DNA of 64,000 nucleotides from Dicyema japonicum (lineage: Eukaryota > Animalia > Dicyemida). A model generated the notes under the pieces. That model was not told the origin of the DNA. It did no database searches and saw only the letters and a list, made by a program, of their open reading frames with translations. Positions 1 through 14,267 of the stretch are shown here, piece after piece (positions within the stretch are counted from its first letter, which is position 1; every line of letters starts with the position of its first letter). The position numbers were made by a program, and so were the translations under genes. Where the stretch lies: contig RDEW01000026.1 in the NCBI GenBank assembly GCA_011109175.1, positions 124,001 through 188,000 on the forward strand, given 5' to 3'.

Positions 1-281
1 AAGATGAGTTACGTAAACATTACTACTCCTAGATTGTAGGGTTGAATTAATTTAATATAACATAGAGACGTAGGAATTATATTTTTATAATACGAAACAA
101 CTAATTGATATAAAACATCAAATCAGTGGAAAGCTCAATAATTTGCATAACAATACTATTTTTAGACACCTCTATTCAACTTTTCAATTAATTCTGGTCA
201 ACTTCCTTAGTCAATCTGACTTCCTTAACGATAATAGCCTTCACGACTATAAAAGAGACCGTTACAATAAACGATTGCATA

Positions 282-1238
282 ATGGACGGACGTAAAAGGA
301 GGTGACTTTACTTATAATTTGTTAGTAAAAAAAAGAAGGTAAACGATTCCATTTACAAACAATGTATTATAGACTATAAAGAACATATTGATGGTAAAGT
401 AATTAAAACATGTTTAGATCCCACAAAGAATGAGACTGACCCACAAAGGATTAAGTATTTGAGATCTACTGAATACACACATAGACACTTGAATAGAGTG
501 CTGAGAGGATATCTGAATGAATCAGTATATTATATGCATATTTTAGAATCTCTATGACTCTTCACAAGACAGTTATGAAGGGGATACATTAATATACAGG
601 AACATTGTCAACTCAATCAGATGCTCTGAAAATAATAGAGAGATTGAATATTCTGACAACACAGAGTTAAATTTTAATATAATTTCAGTGATCAAATTAA
701 TGATCACAACGAAAATAGTCCTAACGTTGAGATGACTAATAAGGAGGAACCAAAAAAGAAAACAGAACCTAATCAGAAAAAAGTGAGAGTTCGAAACCCC
801 CCATTGAGACGAACATATAATTTAAGATCACAAGCTACAAATATCAAAGAGGAATGTACTGCAAAGTGGAAATATTGATTTTTATAATTTTAGAGAACAA
901 TGTGATCCACCGAATAGTCTTAGTGGAGACATGAGTAAACAAGATAAACGTGAATATAGAAAACGTAAAGTCAAGCCAACGAGACGAAACTTTAGAATTC
1001 TTTCACCAAAACGAATTAATAAAAATATTAAAAAAGGTGGTTCTGGTAGTAAAAAGTGGGAATTTGATATAATCGTAGAGTGAGTGATAATACAGTAAAT
1101 GAGAGAGAAAATAATCGTAGTGGGGATATAACTAATAAAGATCTTAACGAATTAAAAGAGACTCAACCCAAACCTAAAAGACAGGGAGTTATAACAAAAC
1201 GAACATATATCTTAAGACGACGCACTATAAATATTTAA
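282..1238 (+). CDS. Orphan lysine/arginine-rich protein, 6 exons (MDGRKRSKKKKVNDSIYKQCIIDY...KRTYILRRRTINI*)
   Basis: Removing five GT-AG introns of 23, 22, 23, 28 and 23 nt gives one uninterrupted ATG-to-TAA frame; no family recognised. Confidence 0.75.
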
Positions 1239-1299
1239 TTTTTATTATTTAATAAATATTTAAAAATAATTATAATTAAGTAATTTAAGGATTTTAACC

Positions 1300-2361
1300 A
1301 ATATTCTGGGAATTGACTTATCAATAGCTATTGATACGGTTAACAGGAACAAGTTTAATGGGGATACTGAGAGGATTTCTTGATGATTCGAGTCTAAGGA
1401 TGACCCGAATTCTACTTTCCAACACTGAGCTCCTTGTGAGAGTCGTAAGACCTATTCAAGAAAATTTTAAACAAACACGGAGACTCCACAAGGAGACTCC
1501 CTTTCTCCTTTACTATTCACAATTTACACGGAAGCTGTTATGAGGGAACTTAGACCGTTATACCAAGGAAAGACAGAAGAAGTGATCTACGAGATGATGT
1601 AGACCTAATTTTCGAAGACAAAGATGTCCTGGAACACCTATTAGAACAAGCACCAGATGTACTAGAGAATTGGTTTCTTACTGTGAACAAAAAGAAAACA
1701 GATAAGAAGGATAGTAACGTCCTAGAAGAGAAGTGGCGACAAGTAAAGAAACTCGGTTCACTTATGGGAGATAGCGAAGATATTTTACGTAGAAAAACTC
1801 TAGCCAATGCTGCGTTATATAAACTGAAGAATCTATGGCTCAATCAAAGAGGTATCAACACGGAAATGAGAATCATTCATAAAACCCGTATTTTTATATA
1901 ACGATGCAACTTGGGCGACCTCATCAGCGGATATGGAAAGACTAGATTCGTTCCACAGAGGTCAGCTGAGAAAAATAACAGGAACTATTTGGCTTACGAG
2001 AATATCGAGGAATGCTTTATATAAGAGATGCAGCACTAGACCTATCAGCTTAGAAGTACTGAAATCCCGATGGAAGCTCTTCGGACACGTGCTGAGGATG
2101 GAATTAACATCCCCACCGAACATATCTATGGAAACATACTATGTTAGTCAAGAAGGCCGCTATCGTGGAAGACCTAAAACAACACTGCCAATAGTTTTAC
2201 AAAAAGACCTGGTCGATATCAAAAGAAATCTAAAAAATGCCGACGATCTGGACAACATGAGAGCCTTGGCTAGGAACAAGGGAGCATGGAAAAGAATGAC
2301 ATCTAACCTTGTTTCTTTTGCTGCACATGCTATAATTAGTATGGCTCTCGTGGTACTATGA
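1300..2361 (+). mobile_element. RTE-clade non-LTR retrotransposon, decayed 3' half (RT and C-terminus)
   Basis: Frameshifted RT motifs (QGDSLSPLL-like, IYEDDVD, KKLGSL) and C-terminal LDSFHRGQLR...WKLFGHVLRM...GRPKTT. Confidence 0.85.
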
Positions 2362-3450
2362 CATTTGGCCCACAGGACATTTAGCCGACAGACATTTAGC
2401 CGACAATTATTAATAAGGAAATACACTATGTAAAAATGGAATTTACACAAACCACCCGTAGAAAGAGAAAACTTGTGCCTGATGGCTATGCGTACATTAT
2501 GGATAGACAGAGACAATGTCATATATTGGAGATGTGAGCTGAAAGGAAAGTGCAAAGGCAGAGTAACAACTGTTAACGAAGATCTTAATGGAACTATGAC
2601 ACCACACGAACATCCACCAAATGCAGGACGTTTACATGCGCTAAAAACCGTCAATACAATAAAGAAGAGAGCGAGAGATTTTGAAGAAAGTACATCCACA
2701 GTTATCCAAAATTGTTTAAGCACATACCCTATTGATGCTGCTTGTGCGTTACCCAAAAAAGAATCCCTTGCACGTACAAGACGTTAATGTTCTAGCTGAT
2801 GAACTTAAAAGTACTCTCAGAGGAGATGATTTTGTGTTACACGATAGTGATGGATTGCTTATATTAACAACAGCAAGAAACCTTGATCTTATGTCTATGA
2901 AAGAACATTGGTTATGTGATGGTACTTTTGATTCAGCTCCATTAGGTTTTCAGTTATACATTATGTGAAACATGTTCCATTAGTGTACGCTATTGCTCGA
3001 GATAAATCTCAACAAATGTATGAACAAATATTTTCAACACTGAAAGAGAAAAAACCACAATTGAATCCACTTTCATTTACCATAGATTATGAGCGATCAA
3101 TGATATCAACAGAATTTTTCTAAATGCAAGTGTGTATGGCTGCTACTTTCACTTTGGGCAAATACAAAATCTATGACTGCAGGCATGGTACAATGACCCA
3201 GCAAATGCAAACTTAATTAAAAGTATTCAAGCACTGGCATTTGTTCCTCAAGTCATCGAGAGTTTTCGAGCGCTCTTTGAAACTATAGATGACGAGACTG
3301 ATGACGTGTTGGGAGATTTTCTGACCTATTTTGAGACAACATGGATTGGAGCCTTGCAACGTGGAAGGAGAAGAAGATCATTGTTTAGTTTGGAAATGTG
3401 GTATGTACACGACAGACAGGCAGAAGGCCTCCCAAGAACTACGAATATCT
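2362..3450 (+). mobile_element. Mutator-like (FLYWCH + MULE DDE) transposon remnant, 3'-truncated
   Basis: Terminal region with repeated gacatttagccgaca motifs; YWRCELKGKCKGRV..HEH (FLYWCH), WLCDGTF, CYFHFGQ, YFETTWIG, LPRTTN. Confidence 0.85.
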
Positions 3451-3459
3451 TGGTAGTCA

Positions 3460-3900
3460 TTATTGAAAATCTTGGTAGTCTCAAGTTCGAGATTTCCATA
3501 GTCTTTAAGGATACTGTAAACATTGTCAGTTATCTCTTCAAACGGAATTTCTCAGGTCTGTCACTACAAATTACTACGAATCTCGGGAATATTGGAGTTG
3601 AATTTCCTGAAAAAGTGTGGATTTTTAATTAACAATATGCCGATGTTCTTTCAAAAACGTTCAAGTTCAAGTATCTCGTTCTTGATTCCATTTATATTTA
3701 GTTCTGGCTGGTCCAGGGTTTGCCTCAATGTCTCTGCAACGGTATAGGCTTTCCTTGTTGGTCCATCCGTGAGGATAGGGGAAAGTGTGACTCTTTTCTT
3801 CCATATGCCATCGTGTCGGCGAGTCACATGAAATTTTCAATGGCATAAGGCAATAAATAACAATCGTCTCAACTATCCAAATGACAAAATAACTTTAGTC
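3460..3900 (-). mobile_element. Possible decayed integrase-like fragment
   Basis: RKAYTVAETLRQTLDQPELNINGIKNEI weakly resembles an rve integrase core; interrupted by stops. Confidence 0.25.
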
Positions 3901-5195
3901 TTCACTCAATTTCAGCGCAATTTATTATGCGTCTCTTAACAATTCCTGAAAAAGTGTTAATTTAATTATTCCTTATGTCAGGATGTCTTGGCTTACTAAG
4001 TTCTTTTCTAGGTTAAACTGATATGTTTTGTTTTCTTCAAAACAGTATTCCTAAAGGATCAGTCCACTCCCCACCACTTTTCAACTTTCTCCTTATTGGT
4101 ATGTCTATAACTCTAGATCTCTTTACATTTCATAGAGCACCAAAACTTAACGTGAAAGTAGAGGATCTCTAAGGGCGGCCAGTTTTGACTGCCTGTTTTA
4201 TTATGGTCATCATCCTACATGTTATCAAAGCTAGAGTTAATATTATAATTCTCTCGTTCCTCATCAAGACTGATTATCAATGTTAAGTGTCATAAAATTT
4301 TGGGTAGACAAGACTCAGAACGGAATTTTGCTGAAGCCGATGCTTTTTTAGGTTCTGAGAATTGGTCTATTCAATGTCTTGACAATCCATACTAGTTACG
4401 GGAATCATACGACCCAAATTGCTTTTTTATGTGCCATCGAATATTTGGTAAAAAGGGGAAGGGGCAACCGAAAAAAGAGATGGCGGATTGAGCTCATTTT
4501 CAACAAATCGTTAGTAGAATGTGATCAAAAATTTGTTATACATTTTTATCACATAACTACCTGTAAGCTCTGTGACAAAATATAAAGTTAATTCAAACTT
4601 ATATTAGAACCTGAGATGATATTATTGTTTCCCTCTAAACAGTTTGGGAACCCTGGTCTAAATATTATGGAAGGTCACGTTTCCGGCAAGGGACGAAGTT
4701 GCCTACAGGTCAGTAAACGAAAATCATGGTATGTAGGATTTGCTCCATACTAAACCCAATATGAAGTGTGGAAAAATTATATTTAATTTATTTTTGACGA
4801 TATTTTCTAGACATTTAATTTATGAGATTTTTGACATTATTTTTCCCATAAACGAGTTTCCCCTCACGATTGTATTAAAGGACTTACGATCGGAAAATGG
4901 ACAATCTTTCCCTAGACATCTGTTACCCATCGACTTTCCGTACAGACATAAGAGCAAACACTTCCGGGAAACGTTGAGGTCCCTTGATGAGCACATGCAG
5001 AGAGTGATCACCTAATTAGTTCGGTTGCTTTCTCTATGTTTTCTGTGGTTATGTAAATAAATCAGAGGATATTTGGTTATTTCAAAAACATAAATTGAAT
5101 CTATTAATAACCACTAGTAATTACAAAAACTAAAAGAGTAACTCCCACGAAATACTTTCCTAATAGAAAAGTCACCCAAACCCATTAGCAAAATG

Positions 5196-6388
<1,193 letters not shown>

Positions 6389-6549
6389 CTGTTGTCCTAG
6401 TATATTTTATTTTTATTTGAAAAATATATTTTTTTATTTATCTATTTATTTTTATAATATAGTTAAATTGAAGATTAAAAAAATGTATCGAATTGAAAGC
6501 AGTTATTATTATAACCCCGGGAACACAGGAGAAAGGAAAAAGTTATCGT

Positions 6550-7030
6550 CTAATTAAGTGATCCAGGTGTCATTTATAATAATTGAAAGCAGTGGATCTC
6601 TCGGAGCGTCCTCTTTTAGTGGGTCGTTTTTTGACAGTCAGTTTCCTATAAGTTAGCGAAACTGGGGTGAATAATTTAATATTGAATTGCTTTCCATCTC
6701 ATAATTAGAGCAGGATGGCGGAATGTCATAATTGTCGGACATAATCCTTATTCTAATCTCACTTATGTCCATTCCGACTGCTACGGTGCTTCTGGGTTTG
6801 ACAGATGATATTTACTATGGAATCGGATTGTCTCAAGAGACTCACACAACCAATGAAAAAAATTAAGACATTCTTGATATCTTAGCATCATTAATTAACA
6901 TAATTGTTCTTTCCTTTTAAATATAAAGTCTGTGTCCTGTCTGAGTAATGTAATCATTATTACTCATTGACTTTAATAGTATGACCAGGAACATTATTTG
7001 TTAGGATGTCATACCCATAGCAATGGTCCT
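6550..7030 (-). CDS. Possible small intron-containing gene of unknown function
   Basis: Open segment ETIRFHSKISSVKPRSTVAVGMDISEIRIRIMSDNYDIPPS with nearby candidate short introns; complete model not resolved. Confidence 0.25.
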
Positions 7031-7079
7031 GGGTTCGAATCCCCCCAGACTACATAACCGAAAATTCTCCATTTAATTT

Positions 7080-7350
7080 TACGAAAACTCAATTTGAAGA
7101 GAGACGTTTATTTTTATTTTCGAAAGAATTATTCTGCCCTCTCTCATCCAAGGATGTGAAGGATGGTATTTTTTGCCCAAAAGAGAAAGAATAATCAACC
7201 TTTTGGACAAGACGAGGAGGATGGAAATCAAGCTGACCCTTCGTAAAAAAGGTGAAGAAGCACTAGATGAAAAGGAAACCATGATCAAATCAGTAAAAAA
7301 ACGTGGTAGTAAAACGGATCGAGGGCTTTCTCCTGAGGATCAAAGTGGAT
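7080..7350 (+). mobile_element. Non-LTR retrotransposon C-terminal remnant
   Basis: IFERIILPSLIQGCEGW resembles the post-RT PxLxYGCExW motif. Confidence 0.45.
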
Positions 7351-8417
7351 AACACGATTAACACGTTCATTAAAAAGATACTTTGAAGCTAGAGGGGGGG
7401 AGTAAAACTGGGAAAGATTCCAGGCCTCACGGCAGGATTTTTAATAACGTAATCCCCCATAACTATCGATATGTCTTGGTTTTATTATTTATTTAAGTTT
7501 CTTTTCTTCCACGTTCTACAAGAGTGACAGCATATGTTCCGCCTGTCTCAGTTGGTATTCAATGCCAGGGTGGCACAAAAAGATCATTTGTTCTCTCTTA
7601 CTCCACTGGATCATTTTTTGGAGAGATTCACAACTGTGTTTTGGATGGACTTGTGTAAGCTTGAGTAAACTTTTCTCAGTGATTCTGATCGTGGATACAC
7701 TTTGTTAACTTATTTTTCGATGTATCTGGGGTTAATAAAGTTAAAAAATATTATTTCATGCATTCACATGTTACACATACTCAGAAAAAACTGCTTACAC
7801 CCAGCAGACTCCATATTTCTCTTTACAGCTACCAGCAGACTATGGTAAGTTTCCCGTATCCAGACTTGTATGATCTCCACTAATCATTACTTTCAATTGA
7901 AGTTCGAATAATCAGATTATGAAATATACTAGTTATATAAGCCCTACTAACATTATGTCTATTTACCATTTTGCTCACAGCTGACTTACAAATGACGAAT
8001 ATATCCGTCATCACATCCCAATAGGCATGAAAAACAAATACATTTATGTTGTTTTCTCTATTTGTCTCTGTCGTATATATTAACACAAGTCACGCTTAAA
8101 TGAACAGCTCAACTTAAATACTGAAATATACTGAGAAAGGAAAAAGTAATCCACTAATTTGATGATTCCCTAAATGTCAGCACTATTCTCAAGAGCTCAT
8201 GAAAGGATCCTCAATTTACATGAAATGTCTCCATTTTAAGAATCTAAATTTAAGTTGATGAAAGATAATTCGTTATCAATAATATGCTAATTAAAGGCAA
8301 TAAACTGGATAACACCTTAGTACTCATAAATATAGATAAAACCAAGGACAAATCGACTTTAATGGAAAGAAAATGTTATCAATTTGTTAGTAAATGTAAC
8401 TATTTGCCAAAATGCTA

Positions 8418-8735
8418 TTATTTATGTTTGTTAATGTCTGATAACAGTCGAGATCGATTCTCACTGTTTTTGGCGACTAGAATTAACATAAACAAAACAT
8501 TGATCAGGCTTGTATTCCATCGTTTTCACGTGGTTTAGAGACCCGTCAAACTTTTCAATATTTTTATTTAACTGGTGTTTCATCTTTTCACTCTTTATTG
8601 CTGCAAGTTACAGGATTGCATACTTTCTACGTCCGGGAGGTTGACTTTCTCCACAGTATTCGCTTTATGTAATGTATTTTTGTCAAATTTAGATAACTGG
8701 TTTGTTACTTTTTCCATTTGAATAATTTTACGCAT
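8418..8735 (-). CDS. Multi-repeat beta-thymosin (WH2; ciboulot/tetrathymosin-like) actin-binding protein
   Basis: Spliced product ...MEKVTNQLSKFDKNTLHKANTVEKVNLPDVETIKSEKMKHQLNKNIEKFDGSLNHVKTMEYKPDQF...; two FD..L.(H/K)..T.EK repeats; phase-1 introns of 23 and 22 nt. Not in the ORF track. Confidence 0.85.
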
Positions 8736-9599
8736 TTTGAATTTTCATACTCGCTGATCTACGCATAAAGTGCACACCACACAAATTTGAAAATACGCAA
8801 GTGCACGCCACTTAACATGTGATTAGGGAATAACTTTTCTGCTCTGACGGATAAACACTTTTTCCTGCTCATCTGAGAGATTTCAGGGGTTTTTAACCCA
8901 GCATGCTGTGACTCATTGAGATGGTTGATGATAGGAAAAGAGAACTGAGAACGAGAAAATGGCTCTTACCGAACGTTGGCTGCCCAATATTGAGGGAGTA
9001 ACTCTCAATATACCATCAATCATAATAATATATTAAAACTGTTTTCCAACTAAATTTAATTATTGATTTTTAGAAATAATCATACGACAGATCACCCAAG
9101 TTTTTAAAAAATCAAAACTTTCCTGTTTTAATTATACAAATGTTATGAGAGAGATCTCAACCAGTTTGACCAATAAACCGATTTGTGATATCAAAAACAA
9201 TTAATCAATTAATTACATACTTTCAGTAGCACCTAAATGAATGTACTTTCTATAGTGCCCTTTACTTTTAAGATCCTATAATTTACATGTCCTATTGGTC
9301 AGACATTCTGATCATTATTAATGTTGCTATTGTTATTAGATTATTAGGTTGGAATGGTTTAGTGTACTTGTGAAATTCTACGTTGATTGCAACTAAAAAT
9401 TTCTTTTCTTCAAGTTAGTAATTAACTTTATTTGTATGTTTCCCACCATCACGAGTCATTGACATCACTTGATGAATTTAATGATTGATGGTTGTACATT
9501 TACAACCATCAATCATTTACACATTTATCATAATATCAAATTAAATATTTATTCAAAGAACACCAAAAACGAAAAAACAAAATGATCCTTACAAGTTTA

Positions 9600-10790
9600 A
9601 TCCAGGCTCTCAGCTTGGCTTGATGCTCCTCTCTTGATCCTACACAAGCTCGTTGTGGTCGGGATTTCTCCTGATCAGGCCTTCTCCGTTACTCATTCGG
9701 ATTAGGAGCTCCAATGGTGTCGACATCATGTTATTTTTATTCGTAGACCACTTCTCTGTCACTCCTAAAGTATCTGTCTTAACTTTGAAACGTTCACAAC
9801 TATCAATTGAGCAGTCAACTGTGAGTAATAAAGATATGCAATGTACAAAGTTTGAAAAAGATAACATCCAAGCTCAACCAATGAAGCAAAAAAATCCTTC
9901 TCACATTTTGGAAAAGTTTTGTTTCCACTTAGAAAAGTGTAAAACAGTATACGATTTTTTCTTAGAGAAAACGAGTTCACGTCAGTCTCAAAATGGTTAG
10001 CAAAATTCTGACAGTGTCATTTCAAGGTTTTCAAACGTTCCTTGTTTTCACCATCAATTGAATCCAGCTTTACCAAGAATGAGAACTTGTCAGGGAGTCT
10101 ACGAACATTGTGTTCTGAAACTTCGGCCTTCGGTATGTTTGTGATTTCATTCATTATTATTATTTCACCAACTTCTGATAAGCCTTCGTCTTTGCACTCT
10201 CTCAAGGCATCAATTTCTTTCCCCTGAATCTTGCCCAGGGTACATTCCACTTCTGACAGTATTCTCTGAAATTCCTTCGTCTCTATGACTTGGAAACGCG
10301 ATATTCTGTCTTGCAAGGAGAAACACAATATCGAAAATTCGTTCAACAATAAGTCACCATTTCTCACTCAAATATGCTCTTGGAGTTTGTAATCAATCGT
10401 GCATGATTTTCAAGTCTGCTGCAAAATCCAAATATTCACGCATTGAATTTCTGTGATAAGTACTTCTTTCATGTTCATAAATTCTAGGATTCAACTTTCT
10501 CCAGCTGCTAAATACATCTTGAAAATATAAAACAAAGCAAAAGACAGCTTGTTTGCAAGGTATTAGCCATTTTCTCTGCAAATGCTCGCCATTACTTGAC
10601 AAAGTTTCAAACCAATGCTTAGAAAGTGATCTCCTTTCTTTTTCAGCAAAAAGACCTTCCTGGTGTTGAAATTCTCTGGTCCTTGCTGAACTAAGCACTT
10701 CACATGTGGAAATTAGTTTAAAAATACCGGTAACCAAGGCACAATACGTCTCGCACGAAAGCGCCGCAAGCGTGACACCTGTCGTCATAA
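9600..10790 (-). mobile_element. hAT-family transposase remnant (TTF-type zinc finger, ZMYM1/DUF4371-like)
   Basis: RSLSKHWF...RKWLI....AVFCF...FSSWRKL..RIYEHERSTYH matches the TTF zinc-finger pattern; downstream frames are broken. Confidence 0.65.
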
Positions 10791-11329
10791 CAAGAAGAAC
10801 GTTACTGACAGCGCTTCATCACAAAGAGCGGGAAGGGAATTCACAGCAAACAGGCACCTACCATCTATTAAAAATCGTGCCAAGTCTTCAGTGCTGTCAA
10901 TAGAACAAGGTGATCGCTAGTAGCCGATCTTGTCATGATGGAAAAACACGGAGAAAAAACTTAGCATAGATTAATAACGTGAACTCTATTGCTTGGATCT
11001 AATGTCCCCTACAGCTTGCTTCCTGAGGCGGATCTCCTTCTAGACACGCTTCTCGATGTAAGGTCCTAATGAGGCACATGCGTAGAAAATGAACGGCTCA
11101 ATGTAGTGAGATTAAAGCATTTTTAGTATAAGATGGTTCCTGATTTTCCTTACCCCTGTTAGACTTTTCAGGAGGTTGATTTTTTCTCACGTTTGTTTAA
11201 CACATTTCCAATTTGCCACGAGAAACACATATGAGTACCATAGACCAATCAAAGGATTTTTTACTATTTCTTAAATGGCAATGTTTTCCCATTCGCTTCA
11301 ATTTCAATTGACTTTGAAATTTTCTTGTC

Positions 11330-11860
11330 TGAGCTGAACAGGGATGTAACGGATTTCTCAGTGCTGATTGTCAGTCGGTTTTCATTCAGCCACACAAGTA
11401 AACAGTTAAGGCAATGTTACACTCTTTCCACAAAGATTGAAGTGGGGGTCAAAAATGGTTGTGATGCTGGTATTAATTCAAAGAGATCTTCCTTCGATTT
11501 CGAGGACTCTGAAGGGAATATTAAAATGGATATCTCCAATGCCTTTAACAGTGTTAACGGGATTGCCTCCTTGAAGCTTGCACTTATCGGAAACCTGAGA
11601 TTTAGAAACTGTCGTATGGTTCAAACAGCACTCTTATCTTCAGAGAAAATATTGTCTGTTATCAAATCAGTGTCTAACAAGGGGATTGCTTGGACAACTC
11701 TTATTTGTCCTTACTGTCGGTGATATCAAAGTATGGTATCTGGATGACGCTACGCACGACTTCGTTTTGGAGGACCTCCATGTAATTGCCTCGTCTTTGA
11801 GGAGTCTTGGATTTGCCAATAATACCTCGAAGACGAGATTACCAACATCTCGATGTCCGT
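11330..11860 (+). mobile_element. CRE-like (REL-type) non-LTR RT remnant
   Basis: GVKNGCDAG, MDISNAFNSV, QGDCL..LLFVL, VWYLDDAT. Confidence 0.65.
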
Positions 11861-12212
11861 CTCATATTTTTTTCGTTATCGGAACTTTAAAAATTAGTTT
11901 ATTTGAGCAAAGACGTGGTGAATCGTCTTTCACGAAGACTCGTTTTGGTGAGGAGATTTTAGCAAAGGCTCTTTTTTTGTCTCTTATGTTTCCTAAGAAC
12001 GGCTTCAGGAAGTTGATTTTCCTCGTACAAAGTCAATAACATAAAATCGACATGTATTGTAAAGGTTAAGAAGGTGTCAAAGGTAACTCCCATCCATCAT
12101 GAAGTTAATTAACATTCTGTGAATTAGAAATAGGTCTCAACAAATTTTAATTATTATATAAAGTTTCGGCATAAATTAATAATAAATTTATTCTAAAATA
12201 AATTATTTTAAG

Positions 12213-13101
12213 GAACTAATTTCCGTAAATACAAAGTAAACCTAAGTAGAAATGTATTTGTTGTGTTGAGACATGGAGAGAGCACTTTACAACAAGGAGG
12301 ATAGGTTTTGTGGTTGGCACAACCCTTCTCTCTCCAATTTGGGAATCCATCAGGCAGAGATAGCCGCAAAAGGTCACTTATTTGTTTAGACCTAGATGAT
12401 CTGCTCTGAAGATTCGAATTTGACGAATGTCATATGTAGTATTCTGTACAGGACCGTCCAAACAGCGGAAATAATTATCCAGAAGCTTAAACGGGAACCT
12501 GAAGTATTGAGAGACTACAGGCTCAACGAGAGGCACTATGGACTCCTGCAAAGGTTTACACTCATATTACGTCTCAGGGAAGCTAAAATGGGAGATGCAG
12601 AGCTTATATGGGGCTGGAACTCTGGAGCTGTGGAGGAGGTCCTATAAACATCGTCCTCCACCATTGATGGTTCAAGATTCTGATCTTGATGGGAGATTCT
12701 ATGTTTGGCACGCGTCTTATTTTAGCCAACAGACTACGAGTTTCCACTGACAGAAAGCTTGAACGATACCGTTCAGAGAGTGCAGTCATTGTGGGAGGAG
12801 GTCCTTTGGCCTAAAATATGTGTAACTCACATCCGTAAATGTAGAACGGACGGAGACTTTTGATTGTCGGGCATGGAAGTAGTGTGAGGGCCCTGATGAT
12901 GATTTTGTGTGACTACTCCGAAGAAGAAATTGAAAAAGTGAATATTCCTAATGGTTGTATTTTTCAGATAATGAAGGAATCCCTCTCCTGATTGAATTTG
13001 ATTCTTCGGGGGGTTTGGTTAGTAGGCGGTACCTGGCTGATGAGGAAACTGTGAAGGCTGGGGAGGACAAAGCTGCCAAAATTAGCCGCCCTTTAAATTA
13101 A
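12213..13101 (+). CDS. PGAM: Cofactor-dependent phosphoglycerate mutase (dPGM/BPGM family); 5' half has three +1 indels; start uncertain
   Basis: LRHGES, RLNERHYG, WRRSY..PPPL, TESLNDT, LIVGHGSSVRAL, NIPNGIPL, YLADEETV; 23-24-nt introns. Confidence 0.9.
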
Positions 13102-13104
13102 AAT

Positions 13105-13529
13105 TTAATTGAGTTTATATTAGTTTGCACAAATGTCTTTTCACGTTTGATATACCTGACCGTTCTCTCAGCACCATAAATGACAGATTCGCACCTGATA
13201 TATGTTGCCTACAGAAGACGAAAATAGCATGGAATATTTCAAATTAAAAATTACTTTCCAACAACCTGTCGTCAATTTGGAATTTGATTTGTAAGCAATT
13301 GGGGAGCTAGGAAGAGGATGTGTAGAAGGATACTGAAGGTTAAAAAAACCTCCACACGATATGAGGCAATTATTCTATTAACAACATTAGGCAAAACATT
13401 ATCCCTTATTGTACACACCAAATAAAAAACAAAGTTAATATTTTTATCCCCCGGACAGAGAGTATTCAAGGATGATCGATCGCGAACGTAATCTAATTAT
13501 ATATTGATAATATGGATACTTGAGGCCAT
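13105..13529 (-). CDS. Possible small spliced gene, tail-to-tail with PGAM
   Basis: ATG GCC TCA A followed by a 25-nt GT-AG intron and open frame LNTLCPGDKNINFVFYL (weakly SOSS-B/NABP-like); 3' exons ambiguous. Confidence 0.3.
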
Positions 13530-13589
13530 ATCAAAAAATGGTTTTTATAGTAAACATGAAAAAACCAAATTTATATTTCCAGTAGATCA

Positions 13590-13810
13590 GAAGGACGTTC
13601 CGACGAATTGTGGAGAAGGCACAAAAAGGTAGGAGGCACAGAAGATGCTACTCGCAGGAAAATCCTAGAAAGTGGAGCATTCAGAAATCTAACCGTATGG
13701 GGATCAATATAGAACATACCTGAAAAATTGAAGATAACAACTCATTCGTATTGCCGATTCTGGCATACAACTGTGGACTCATTATCTAGACAGCTTTCAT
13801 AGATCTCAAA
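13590..13810 (+). mobile_element. RTE-clade remnant
   Basis: GGTEDATRRKIL..GAFRNL..W...EKLKI...LAYNCG matches the RTE post-RT region. Confidence 0.55.
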
Positions 13811-14267
13811 CACTTAAAGAAATGCAATTCACAAACTTTGTCAGTGGAAATTCTGAAATTGAGGTGGAAACTATTTGGTCTTATTCTGCGGACCAACATT
13901 GCCATGGAAATACTGTTAAATGAAATGTGTCTTTTGAAGTGGTGATAGCCTAAGTAGAAATTATTGCTTTAAAATAATTGTCTTATAGAGAGAAGGAGGA
14001 CTAGTTCTTGGAGGATACCTTTTCGGATCAAATGAACAGAAAGTTTTCAAAGTTTAGAGTTCGTGGGACTATTAAAATTTGCTTGAATACTTACTAACTG
14101 GAGTAGCTTCACTCTTACTCAGTTTACATTGTTTAATGCTACATATACTCTGCCGCGTCACCTGAGACAAGTGGATCACATGACACCACTTTATTGGAAA
14201 AGAGAGATGAGAAGGTTAAATGACCAAATAATGACAACGAAAGAAAAATTAAATTTATTATACAATA

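Noticed and set aside
3700-3740. 2A-like StopGo motif DIEANPGP on the minus strand
   Set aside because: Single occurrence in decayed sequence, preceded by R rather than G, followed soon by stops, and another frame looks more protein-like.
7000-7060. tRNA gene around gggttcgaatccc
   Set aside because: Only a B-box-like motif; no acceptor or anticodon stems can be formed.
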